From the NCBI GenBank assembly GCA_963667175.2, contig CAXXXF010000007.1, positions 64,001 to 128,000 of the forward strand: a stretch of DNA of 64,000 nucleotides. The letters are read 5' to 3'. The DNA is from Candidatus Latescibacterota bacterium. Its GTDB lineage: Bacteria; Latescibacterota; UBA2968; GCA-2709665. The notes below the pieces were generated by a model. The model made no database searches. It saw only the letters and a list, made by a program, of their open reading frames with translations, and was not told the DNA's origin. How positions within the stretch are numbered: position 1 is the first letter of the stretch; the number at the start of each line of letters is the position of its first letter. This document shows, piece by piece, positions 1 through 9,272 of the stretch. Both the position numbers and the translations under genes were made by a program.

Positions 1-86
1 CGTATTCACTCGTGCCTATTCGTGCGCATCTGAGCAAAGCCATGCCGGGCTAAGTTAATCTTGATTCGTGGTTCTCAGGGAACGTG

Positions 87-253
87 AATTCGAAAAAACG
101 CACGTGAATAAAGGCAATTTAACGTCGGATTTTCAGGAACCTTCAGTTCACTGGACGCGAACCGAGAATACATGCCTTTGGACGACCTCTACACGCCGTT
201 TCGAAGCCATGCCCTTTGTGTCTTTTGTGCTTTTTGTGGCTGATTTTTCGGTT
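87..253. repeat. Dispersed non-coding repeat, copy 1 (carries a TTTGTGTCTTTTGTGCTTTTTGTGGCT REP-like arm)
   Basis: The reverse complement aligns by eye with 7894-7957 and 8098-8212 (e.g. ccagtgaactgaaggttcctgaaaatccga vs ccagtgacctgaaggttcttggaaatccga). Confidence 0.75.
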
Positions 254-303
254 GTCTTTTTTCGAATTGAGGGTGAGAGTCGGAGAAACGCCATCCCCCT
301 CCC

Positions 304-1761
304 TCACATCGGTCCGATGCGATCGGGACCTCGGTCCATGGCGAGCATGGAGGCGTCGAAGCTGCGTTGCATCAGGTCGAGTTTGACGTGGGCGTGATCG
401 GGGTTGTCCCAGAGATTGTCAAACTCACCGGGATCCTCCTCGAGGTCATACAGTTCGCCCAAGGCGTGCCCGTGGTAGACGACGATCTTGAACCGGCGGT
501 CGCGGTACATCGTGGCGAGGGTCCCGTCGGCCTGGTCCAGCGCATCGTAGAATTCACATCGGACGTATTCACGATGTTCGTCGGCCGGTTTCTCGCCGCT
601 GAGCATCGGCGCCAGTGAACGTGCCTGTATCCGCTCAGGAACGGGTAACCCCGCCAGTTCCAACAGCAGCGGGGCGACGTCGCGCAGTTCCACGAGCGCG
701 TCGCTTCGCCGGCCGGACGTCACGTGTCCGGGCCACGAGAAGATCAGCGGCACCCTTACCAGCCCTTCGTAGAAGCGGCATCCCTTCTGAATCAGCCCGT
801 GGTCTCCCAGCATCTCGCCGTGATCGCTGGTGAAGATCACGAGTGTATTGTCACGTTGTCCGGTAGCTTGCAGAGCGGCCATGATCCGGCCGACCTGATC
901 GTCGATCAGCTTGATCATGGCATAATACGCGGCGATCAGCGTTTTCGCATCCCGTTTGCCGACGGTTTCCGGCTCCACCAGTCCGCGGGTCTGCGTCCAG
1001 GGGATCACCGGGCTCCTGATGTCCAGGTCGCGCGGATGCCGGCCTTTGGACTGGAAGTCGATGGATTCGAGTGCCTTCTGTTGTGCCAGATCGCTTTCCC
1101 GAAACAACGGTCCGCCCACCTGTTCCGGATCGAACAGGTCGCGGTACGTCCCGGGCGGATTGAACGGCGGATGCGGGTCGTAGATGTTCACGGAAGCCAG
1201 CCAGGGGCCTTCACGCGCTTCGCTCAGGAAGTCGATGGTCTTTTCCGCGCACCACGTGGTCTGGTGCAGCTCGGCCGGCACGCCGTCCAAGCTCTTCGTC
1301 AGTTCGCCCAGCACCTCCCCCTTCGACCGAACCCAGTCGGCGTAGTCGTGTCCGGTTTCCCAGTCGTCCCTGGGCGCGTGGCTGTATTGCCAGTACCGGT
1401 ACCCGTCGTCTACCCGCGCTTCCACGCGACCGAACGCGCTGGACAGGTGCAACTTGCCGATCAGGCCGCAATCGTAGCCGCTGTCGGCAAGCAACTTCGT
1501 GACGAGGGGAGGCGCATCCGGAAAATGTGAATTGCCATTGCCGTTCACGTGGACGGCGCTCGCATATTGGCCGGTCAGGAAACTCGCGCGGCTGGGCGTG
1601 CAGATCGGGCTCTGGCAGTACGCGTGCGTAAACGCGAATCCCTCCGCGACAAGCCGGTCTATATTGGGCGTGTCGACGTGGGGATTCCCCAGCGCGCCGA
1701 TGGTATCGTACCGCTGCTGGTCCGTACAGATCCACAGGATATTCGGTCTGGATCCCTTCAT
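304..1761 (-). CDS. Formylglycine-dependent sulfatase (choline-sulfatase/arylsulfatase-like)
   Basis: RPNILWICTDQQR N-terminus, CTPSRAS (CxPxR) signature, GKLHL, FTSDHGEMLGDHG, ELYDL-DP-E; start placed at MKGSRPN. Confidence 0.92.
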   Translation of the reverse strand: MKGSRPNILWICTDQQRYDTIGALGNPHVDTPNIDRLVAEGFAFTHAYCQSPICTPSRASFLTGQYASAVHVNGNGNSHFPDAPPLVTKLLADSGYDCGLIGKLHLSSAFGRVEARVDDGYRYWQYSHAPRDDWETGHDYADWVRSKGEVLGELTKSLDGVPAELHQTTWCAEKTIDFLSEAREGPWLASVNIYDPHPPFNPPGTYRDLFDPEQVGGPLFRESDLAQQKALESIDFQSKGRHPRDLDIRSPVIPWTQTRGLVEPETVGKRDAKTLIAAYYAMIKLIDDQVGRIMAALQATGQRDNTLVIFTSDHGEMLGDHGLIQKGCRFYEGLVRVPLIFSWPGHVTSGRRSDALVELRDVAPLLLELAGLPVPERIQARSLAPMLSGEKPADEHREYVRCEFYDALDQADGTLATMYRDRRFKIVVYHGHALGELYDLEEDPGEFDNLWDNPDHAHVKLDLMQRSFDASMLAMDRGPDRIGPM

Positions 1762-1792
1762 GGATGCCCCGCTGGCAAATAAAAGCGTTTCA

Positions 1793-2638
1793 TCATGCGT
1801 TTCCCCTCTCAACAAGCCTTACGCCTTCCTTCATCCAATCGCTGACGCAGGTGACGTCGTTGACGGCGCGCATCGCGATATTTCGTGACGCGTGACTCAA
1901 GTCCAGCCTGCGGATGACGATCTCGTCAGAAAACATCCCTGCTTCCGCCAACACGTTGCCGTCCGGATGGATGATCTTCGACTCGCCATGCGAAGACCCG
2001 GCACGGTCGATATCCGTCGGATCGGCCGGCGCATTGGCCATCACCACGTAGATGCCGTTTTCCGTTGCGCGGCTGATGGGCATGGCCCGGTACGCCGATA
2101 ATTTGTGCTCCAGCGTGACCGAACTCTCGCAGCTGCAGAAGAAGCAGACCTGCGCGCCTGCCGCCGCGGGCAGCCGTACGAGTTCGGGATAGCGAACGTC
2201 GTGACAGATCAGGAAACAACACGGAACGCCGCACAGACTGTAGATTGGGAGGTGTTGAGAAGGCTCGAACCAGCGCTCGCCCGCAAGATGGATCTTCCCG
2301 TAACGTCCCCGCACGGCGCCGTCTCTGTCCACAACGAGCAGGCTGTTGAAGCGTTTCCCGCCATCCAGATGGGTTGAGCCGACGATTGCCGCGATGTTCC
2401 TTTCACGGCAGGCGCGGATGATCTTCCTCTCGGCGTTTTCGATTCGGGTCTGATTCCGGTCCGTCCAGAAATCCGGTCGGTCGCAGTAGCCGAACAGGAC
2501 GCCTTCCTGGAACGCGGCCACGTCCACGTTCTTCCGGGCGCAGGCAGTCAGCCGTTCGACGACCCCGATCGCGTTTTTCTCAACCTCTTCGCCGGCGTGC
2601 ATCTGGACCGCGGCGACGCGCAGCCACTTCCGGGACAT
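1793..2638 (-). CDS. Carbon-nitrogen hydrolase (nitrilase superfamily)
   Basis: Catalytic E-K-C triad in FQE, YGKIHL and ICHDVRYPE. Confidence 0.9.
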   Translation of the reverse strand: MSRKWLRVAAVQMHAGEEVEKNAIGVVERLTACARKNVDVAAFQEGVLFGYCDRPDFWTDRNQTRIENAERKIIRACRERNIAAIVGSTHLDGGKRFNSLLVVDRDGAVRGRYGKIHLAGERWFEPSQHLPIYSLCGVPCCFLICHDVRYPELVRLPAAAGAQVCFFCSCESSVTLEHKLSAYRAMPISRATENGIYVVMANAPADPTDIDRAGSSHGESKIIHPDGNVLAEAGMFSDEIVIRRLDLSHASRNIAMRAVNDVTCVSDWMKEGVRLVERGNA

Positions 2639-2743
2639 ATTTCGGCCTCCTGGACGATAGTATATTACGCGGCATTCGCAATATAACGCGCGAGAATGAA
2701 CGATGCGAGAAACAAGGAATGAGGGCCGGGAGTGCCCGATGGC

Positions 2744-4066
2744 TCAGGCGCGGTCCGCGGATGTTGTCGGCGTCTGATAGAAGGCCATGCTGGCGTAGCT
2801 GACCAGCGAACCGGTATCCTCCTGGCGGTTCTGCCCGTAGCTGAGCAGGTCGCCCCGGCATGCGGCGCCCGGCAGGAGCGCGTGGAGCGAGAACAGGCCG
2901 GCGACAGCGTCCACGTTCCGGCCGTTCCCGTCGGCATGCAAACAGCGGCGCAAGCCTGCCGCATCGAATCGTAGCGCGTATCCGAGCAGGTCACGATCGG
3001 CCTCTTCGCAGGCGGCGGCCGCCGCATCGTCGACGCGGTCGGGGTGGCCGAATTTGGGACCGACATGCGCCAGGTCCACGCTGAGCACGTAGAGTGTGCG
3101 CTTACCGCTGGCGGACACGGCTTCTCGTAGCGCATCGAGTTCGGTCGAAACTTCGGGGGCCTGCAACGGGTCCCGCCCTTCGCACAGGTCGTGATCGAGG
3201 CTGCCGAGCAGGACGGGCACCGCCTCGTACGGCGGCAGGTCCTCCCGCGCGTGGATGTACTGAAGAAACAGCAGCGCGAACTCCACCGAGTGTTCGGTGC
3301 GGTGCAGCCACTGTTGCTGCGTGACGTCGCGCCCGGCACGCCGCGACCAATCATCGATGATCCGGCCGTTCGACGCCACCCGTCCGAACGGGGTCTCATA
3401 GTGTTTGCCGGTCGCGATCGCGAAGCGCTTACCGGGTTCCGTGCCGCCGTTGTGGGCCACGCCGAGAATGACGTAGAGGTCGAACGGCCGGGACGCGTCG
3501 GCGGCATCGGACAGCGCCGTGAAGGCCGGCGGGTAGGTCTTCCCGCCGGCGCGCAGGTCGATGTGCGGGCACATGATGGCGGCAAGTCCCGTCGTTTGGT
3601 CTCCGTTCGCGGTTCCGTCCTGCGCCTCTTCGGAAGACGCCGCGGCGAAGAAGCCGTCGAGCATTCTCGCCAGTTCCCCGGGATCGGACGGATAGGCGGC
3701 GCCCGCGTGCCAGGCCGGCCGCACGTCCGCATTCTCGAATGCCTCGCGTACCTGTGAAATCCGCGCCGAAGCCACGTGATCATCCAGGTAGCAGCACTCA
3801 CTCAATTTGCCCAGGACGTGACGCACCTCGCCAACCCCCACCTCTCCGCCCGGAAGCGCTTTTCGCAGGGAATCGAGAATCTCATCGACGGTGCGACGGC
3901 CATTCAGTTGCGATAAAATGAAGACCCCTGCAGGTCCGACCAGCAGGGGCTGCGGCGCGATCTCCAGCGGATCGCGCACGTAGAACATACGGCTGCCATC
4001 ATGGTCGACCGGGATCACTTCGACGTTTCGCACACGGGGCAGCGGGGTGTCTGTCGGGGTAGGCAT
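2744..4066 (-). CDS. amrB: AmmeMemoRadiSam system protein B (MEMO1 family) with N-terminal PqqD-like extension
   Basis: RPAWHAGAAYP, PHIDLRAG, ILGVAH, HRTEHSVEF, SVDLAHVG and VSYAS motifs; start placed at MPTPTD. Confidence 0.85.
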   Translation of the reverse strand: MPTPTDTPLPRVRNVEVIPVDHDGSRMFYVRDPLEIAPQPLLVGPAGVFILSQLNGRRTVDEILDSLRKALPGGEVGVGEVRHVLGKLSECCYLDDHVASARISQVREAFENADVRPAWHAGAAYPSDPGELARMLDGFFAAASSEEAQDGTANGDQTTGLAAIMCPHIDLRAGGKTYPPAFTALSDAADASRPFDLYVILGVAHNGGTEPGKRFAIATGKHYETPFGRVASNGRIIDDWSRRAGRDVTQQQWLHRTEHSVEFALLFLQYIHAREDLPPYEAVPVLLGSLDHDLCEGRDPLQAPEVSTELDALREAVSASGKRTLYVLSVDLAHVGPKFGHPDRVDDAAAAACEEADRDLLGYALRFDAAGLRRCLHADGNGRNVDAVAGLFSLHALLPGAACRGDLLSYGQNRQEDTGSLVSYASMAFYQTPTTSADRA

Positions 4067-4156
4067 GGCTGGCTGGCAACCAACTTTGTCAATTACAATT
4101 AAAACACTACATGATGGGCCGGCATACGGACGACGCGTCCGGTAGAACATCCGTAT

Positions 4157-4250
4157 CACTCCCCCCTTGAGGGGGAGTCGCAGAAGCCGAGCCGGACCCT
4201 GAGCTTGTCGAAGGGTCGAACGGAAGGCGACGGCTGATGCGGTGGGGGGT
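4157..4250. repeat. REP-like palindromic intergenic element with a nested second palindrome
   Basis: actcccccc-ttg-agggggagt hairpin (4158-4178), gaccct-gagcttgtcga-agggtc (4195-4218) and terminal gcggtggggggt. Confidence 0.6.
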
Positions 4251-4333
4251 CACAAACGCGTTGCGAATCCAGCCAGGGTCACTTTACATGCACCCAATTT
4301 ACGTGAAAATCTGACTGGGAAATTCCAAAGGCG

Positions 4334-4792
4334 CTAATGTTCATCAGGTTGCCCAGTGCCGAGATCCGGATGCCGGTACGTGTACAGCAGGCCGATTAGA
4401 CCAAGCTGAATGAGCGCGCCGGGCGCGAGGACCGGGAGGGCGCCGCTTGCGGTCCGGGACACAAGCGCCCAACCGGTCAACCTCGAGTTCATCTCCAGTT
4501 CGAATTCCATATTCCCGTTGATATGAAACCAGAATCCTGCGATTCCCCCCAGTACGAACGCCAGCATCGCCAGCCGAAAGAGCCGGAGGACGACCCGCCC
4601 CTTGAAGCGAACAAGCATCGCCACCACGACGAGGCCCAAAGCAAGCAGCGCGAGGGGCGCCTGCTGCCTCCACTCCTGGAAATGGCCGAGGAGCAGCAAC
4701 TCGGCGCCCAGCCCGACGCTCCCAAGGACGAAGATCAACAGGAGGCCTTGACGGAGAGAGATCATGCGCGGCTTTTTTCCTTCATCTGACAT
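4334..4792 (-). CDS. Hypothetical 4-TM membrane protein
   Basis: Four hydrophobic segments, conserved-looking His residues (LLLGH, FWFH) and PVLAPGAL motif. Confidence 0.75.
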   Translation of the reverse strand: MSDEGKKPRMISLRQGLLLIFVLGSVGLGAELLLLGHFQEWRQQAPLALLALGLVVVAMLVRFKGRVVLRLFRLAMLAFVLGGIAGFWFHINGNMEFELEMNSRLTGWALVSRTASGALPVLAPGALIQLGLIGLLYTYRHPDLGTGQPDEH

Positions 4793-4845
4793 CGCCTCAA
4801 CCCTTCAGCTTCCGGCGTTCGGACGTTCTGAACACCGGGTTTTCT

Positions 4846-5763
4846 TCACGTCTCATCTCCTGTACGGCCGACGCCATACAGCGCGAAGGAAAAATTGGGC
4901 GCCGGATCGACCAGGTCGGATCTCTCGTTCAGGTATCGGCGTTTCTGATCGCCGGCCGGGATGTCTTCCACTTCCGCAAAGCCGAATCCTGACATGACGT
5001 CCTGCAGCTCCTCGGGCGTAAACGTGGAGATCATGGGCTCTCCGCGTCGCGCCACGAATCGATCCAGCTTGTCGGCGAACGGCAAGCTCTCCACCGCAAC
5101 GAGGTCCCTTTCAATCTTGTAGTCGAGAACAACGCGGCTTCCCGGGGCCGCCACGCCTGCGATGCGGGCAAGTGTTTCGCGTATCGCGTCTTTGGTGAGA
5201 TAGTAGGTCGTCCCCAGCCACGAGAAGAAGGACGGCGTCTGAGGGTCGAATTCCGCCCGGACGAGCGCATCGTCGAGGTGATCGGTTTCAAAGTCGATGG
5301 GTACGAATACCAGATTCGCCGGGATTCCGCCAAAGACACTCGAGACCTTGTCGCGCTTCATGGCCTGGGTCGCGGGATGATCCAGTTCGAATATCCGCAA
5401 TGTCTCCGAAATCCCCTCCTGACGCATGGAGAAGGAATCGAGACCGGCCCCGAGTATCACGTACTGTCCAATGCCTGCCGACAAGGCGTCCATCAGGCGG
5501 TCTTCGGCGTACCGCGCCCGCAGGACAATCTCGGTGTGTACGGGTCGCAATGCCCGGAACACGGTGTGAACGACGATCCGGCTGAGCAATCTGTACCTGG
5601 CAATCCCCCGCCAGAAATCCGATATCATGTCGTATGCGTAGACGTCATCGAAAATCGGCGACTCGTGCCAACGAGAGTGGTACGCACGTACGCACGCCGC
5701 CAGATTCGCCGTTCTGCTCGTCCTGTGCCCATGCGCGGATAACCCGGATTTCTGCGAATCCAT
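4846..5763 (-). CDS. SAM-dependent methyltransferase (LCM/TIGR00027-like family)
   Basis: QYVILGAGLDS, IFELDHP, VPIDFE and WLGTTYYL motifs. Confidence 0.9.
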   Translation of the reverse strand: MDSQKSGLSAHGHRTSRTANLAACVRAYHSRWHESPIFDDVYAYDMISDFWRGIARYRLLSRIVVHTVFRALRPVHTEIVLRARYAEDRLMDALSAGIGQYVILGAGLDSFSMRQEGISETLRIFELDHPATQAMKRDKVSSVFGGIPANLVFVPIDFETDHLDDALVRAEFDPQTPSFFSWLGTTYYLTKDAIRETLARIAGVAAPGSRVVLDYKIERDLVAVESLPFADKLDRFVARRGEPMISTFTPEELQDVMSGFGFAEVEDIPAGDQKRRYLNERSDLVDPAPNFSFALYGVGRTGDET

Positions 5764-5788
5764 TCGAAACCTCGGTTGTTAACTCAAC

Positions 5789-6316
5789 CTAAGCGGACTT
5801 CCCCTCCACGAATTTCGCCAGGACGAGCCCGGCCAGGAACCAGGCGATCAGGGAGTCGACGATGATGACGAGCGTATAGGAAGTCGAGAAGCCGAACCAG
5901 TTCCAGTACGGAAAGTGGCTGACAAAACCGATCGCCACGCCCGCAAGCGCGACGAAACGGACCCGCCCCCAGTAGTCCGGAATCGAGGTTCTGCACAGCA
6001 GAAGGATAACGAGCGCGGCGGACACCGCCTGACCGATCAGGGAAATGCCCATCATTTCGCCCATGTTCGTATTGATGCCGTTGGGCAATACGTTCGCAAG
6101 GGCGAACAGCGCCCCCGGCTTGAGGTCTTCCTGGGCGAATGGGAGATAGTACATTCCCGCGGCCGGCGCGTTTTCCTTGAGGACCGCTGAAACAGCCGAT
6201 TCGTCTGCGAATTTGTTTGCAACCGCATTATGCCACGGCAATATCGTCCACGAGACGTAACCCCAGACAAACAGGACAATAGCGGACAGAACCATGGCGA
6301 GGATGCACTTTTTCAC
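5789..6316 (-). CDS. Hypothetical membrane protein
   Basis: GGAGG RBS before the GTG start; four TM-like segments; W-ILPWH and YWNWFGF motifs. Confidence 0.75.
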   Translation of the reverse strand: MKKCILAMVLSAIVLFVWGYVSWTILPWHNAVANKFADESAVSAVLKENAPAAGMYYLPFAQEDLKPGALFALANVLPNGINTNMGEMMGISLIGQAVSAALVILLLCRTSIPDYWGRVRFVALAGVAIGFVSHFPYWNWFGFSTSYTLVIIVDSLIAWFLAGLVLAKFVEGKSA

Positions 6317-6489
6317 CAGGAAACCTCCTTCCGATGGGTAAGCACGAATCCGGCGCCGGCGGACGCGTCGAACCGTCCGCTTCGGGCGCCGTGCGAATTC
6401 AACATTGTTGGCGAGGGCACGTTACCACGGGCAGCCGGTCGCGACTTGCCGGGGCCTTCCGGTTGTCTCTGTCCTGACGAGATCCGGCG

Positions 6490-6852
6490 TCAGTCGCCGA
6501 CGTACTGGCGCAGTTCGAAGACGTTGCCTTCCGTATCGCGGATGACGGCGATACGCACGGGGATGCCGCCGCCGGCTTCCCGGATGTTTCTGACCTCCCC
6601 GCCCCCGGCCGCGACTTCCTTCACGGCGGCGTCGAGATCGTCCACGTGGAGATTCAGCCCGGCGTGGGCGACGGTCCCTTCGGACATCCCGTCAGACAGG
6701 ATGTGGAGCGCCACGATGCATCCTCCGCACCGAAACGTGGTCCATCCGGACGATTCGAACTCCACCTCGAGTCCGATGACGTCGCGGTAAAAGGGCAACG
6801 CCCTGGCCATATCCTTGACGTAGTGCACGACCATGGGTTGTGTCGCGTTCAC
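6490..6852 (-). CDS. VOC/glyoxalase family protein
   Basis: VKDMARALPFYRDVIGL, VDDLDAA and DTEGNVFEL motifs. Confidence 0.88.
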   Translation of the reverse strand: MNATQPMVVHYVKDMARALPFYRDVIGLEVEFESSGWTTFRCGGCIVALHILSDGMSEGTVAHAGLNLHVDDLDAAVKEVAAGGGEVRNIREAGGGIPVRIAVIRDTEGNVFELRQYVGD

Positions 6853-6940
6853 GGTTTTCTCCTTTCAGAAATCAACTGCGAAACAGGCAAAATATACGAA
6901 ACAGAAAAAAACGTCCCTGCGAATCAGATTCTGTGAAGCG

Positions 6941-7675
6941 TCAGTCCACAGCCGCCAATAAGGGCGACACCAGGAGCATCAACCCGAACGCCAGCAGCGC
7001 CGCGTAGAGCACACGCTGAAATCGGGCGGCGGGGATGCGCGCGCCGATGATCCGGCCCAGCACCACGGCGACAATGATGGCGGGCACGGCCGGCAGATAG
7101 AATCCGAAGACGTCCCCCGTCCACAGCCCGGCCAACGCATGGCTGCAGACAATGAGCAGGGTCGAGGGAAGGAAGTACCCCTGCAGCGTCGCCCTGAAGC
7201 CCTCGGGCGGCCAACGCCTCAGGATCCCGTAAACGGCCACCGGCGCCGCGTTCACGTTAAAAGCGCTGCCGAGTACGCCGGACAGGAAGCCGAACAGGTG
7301 CGCCCATCGGATATGTTCGAGTCTGGGAAGCACCGACGTCCGCAAGTTATACAGCCCGATCGCGATGAGCAGAATTCCGAGCCCGGCTCTGAAGGCGTCC
7401 TGGGGTGCGTAGCGGAGGACCAGCAGACCCAGTGGTATTCCCGGAATCGAAGCGACGAGCAGATGAAACGCCGACCGGACGTCCAGATCCCGCCAGGACC
7501 GAAAAAGCAGCAGGGCGATCGTGGTCAGCATCGACATGCCGACCAGTGGCGTCGCCACTTCGACGTCGAGTACCGCCAAGAGCATCGGCATTGCCACCAG
7601 CGCGGTCCCGAATCCGAGCGTCGAATGGACCAGCGCAGCCACAAACACGATCGCGACAACCGTCAACAAGAGCAT
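6941..7675 (-). CDS. Sulfite exporter TauE/SafE family protein
   Basis: About 8 TM helices; GFGTALVAMP and GFLSGVLG repeats. Confidence 0.85.
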   Translation of the reverse strand: MLLLTVVAIVFVAALVHSTLGFGTALVAMPMLLAVLDVEVATPLVGMSMLTTIALLLFRSWRDLDVRSAFHLLVASIPGIPLGLLVLRYAPQDAFRAGLGILLIAIGLYNLRTSVLPRLEHIRWAHLFGFLSGVLGSAFNVNAAPVAVYGILRRWPPEGFRATLQGYFLPSTLLIVCSHALAGLWTGDVFGFYLPAVPAIIVAVVLGRIIGARIPAARFQRVLYAALLAFGLMLLVSPLLAAVD

Positions 7676-7893
7676 ATCAGGGCGGGCCAGACTCCCGGCA
7701 ATGAGGAATTTTCGTGACGTTGTTCAGGCAAAAGCACGACGCCTGATAGCCGATTCTCCGGAGTTTTCGAAATCCAAACGATCTCTCGTCGTTCATTGCC
7801 TGCTCACTAACCGAGCAATTGGTCAAGACCTTACCCAAAAGGGGGACCAGACCAAAATGCAAATGCCGGATCTAACCTCAATTAGAAAAAAAT

Positions 7894-8212
7894 AACGGCT
7901 AAATCAGCCACAAAAAGCACAAAAGACACAAAAGGTATAGGCGCCAAACGGCGTGTGTCGTAACGCCGTGACCCTACAAGGTAATCCTTGTCTCTCGGCG
8001 ATACGCCCTGTAACCGTTTAGCTGTTTTTGTGCCTCTTGTGGCAATTTGCCTTCAATCGAAAAATCCGGAAAGTCGACACCGCGGAGAAACTTTCCGAAA
8101 CGGGGCGTAGCGGTCGTTTAAATGGACATTTCTTCCGTTCACTTCCAGTGACCTGAAGGTTCTTGGAAATCCGAATTCAAATCGCCTCTATTCACCTGGA
8201 TATATTCGATTT
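7894..8212. repeat. Dispersed non-coding repeat, copy 2 (inverted, with about 140 bp extra)
   Basis: aaatcagccacaaaaagcacaaaagacacaaa is the reverse complement of about 215-246; a returning arm ttttgtgcctcttgtggc lies at about 8026-8043. Confidence 0.75.
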
Positions 8213-8240
8213 AACGGCACCGGAAAATTACGAATGAAGG

Positions 8241-9272
8241 CTAATTGCTCCTGTACTCGCGAAGTCGTGTACAATCAACCAGTCTGTCAATCGTATTTGC
8301 CGTAAAAACCTTCCCCCTCGTCGCAAGGATCATCTTCTTCATGTCTTCCCTGCGGACCCCGAAGCCGCGCCCCCCAATGCAGGCGACGACCTGGAATCTC
8401 GGGTTTCTTTCCGTACGACCGGTAAGACTCAATTCACCCAGATGTTGAATCCTCGTAACTTTATCTCGCGCTGTCCCGTCATCCTCCGTTATTTTCGCCT
8501 CGATGATAATCTGAGGGTTAAATTCGCTCGGTACGATAAAGTCCGGTGTCTGGTCGAATCCCTCAATTCGTTCAGCGCGTTTCGTCTTACGGTAACTGAC
8601 CTCGGCTTTTACGAGCTCATCTTCAATCGCTGATTCCAGACTATCTCCGATTATTTCACTCACCGAGTCACGATGACCTGCAAATGGCCTACCCAGAAAT
8701 CGTTCGTACAGCAGCATAGCATAAGGGACACCAATCCTCGTGAGGTTCTGGATGCTATCGACGCCGCGACTCGTGTCGGCCTTGTCCAGGCGATGCAATT
8801 GGTCGCCTGGCACGTCCGGGACACCATTTACCAAAAGTTGACAAGCTGCATCAACCATTGCTTTGAGGCGAACAAAGCTCTTATTACCAGGGATCAGTTC
8901 GATCTCTGGCGCCATTCTGACCTTACGATCAATCGAACGAGCGAATCCCTGGCTTACCGCGATACCGGTCCTTTGTGTGGTGACATAGCCCCATTCAGGT
9001 GGGGTAAATCCAAGCATTGAACGCAAAACAACAACTGAAATCGGTTTGGAAAACACAACCGGAAGCAACTCCTCAGGTTCGAATCTGGAGAAACCATCGG
9101 TCGCAGCTTTCAAAGATTCGTACCCGCGCTCGAACACGGAATATTCAACAAAACCGACTCCTTTGGGAAGAACGATGACTTCTGACTCGAGGCTTGCAAA
9201 TACAGCATCGACATAACTGTCAGGATCCGCGGAAACCTCCTCAAAACGCGCTTCAAAAGGGAACCTCGGCAT
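8241..9272 (-). CDS. Putative PD-(D/E)xK restriction endonuclease
   Basis: TPDFIVP...IIIEAK catalytic motif followed by DGTARDK; start overlaps the 3' end of the methylase; lower GC. Confidence 0.7.
   Translation of the reverse strand: MPRFPFEARFEEVSADPDSYVDAVFASLESEVIVLPKGVGFVEYSVFERGYESLKAATDGFSRFEPEELLPVVFSKPISVVVLRSMLGFTPPEWGYVTTQRTGIAVSQGFARSIDRKVRMAPEIELIPGNKSFVRLKAMVDAACQLLVNGVPDVPGDQLHRLDKADTSRGVDSIQNLTRIGVPYAMLLYERFLGRPFAGHRDSVSEIIGDSLESAIEDELVKAEVSYRKTKRAERIEGFDQTPDFIVPSEFNPQIIIEAKITEDDGTARDKVTRIQHLGELSLTGRTERNPRFQVVACIGGRGFGVRREDMKKMILATRGKVFTANTIDRLVDCTRLREYRSN

Noticed and set aside
68-397. 109-aa ORF at the window start
   Set aside because: Runs through a non-coding repeat and antisense into the sulfatase.
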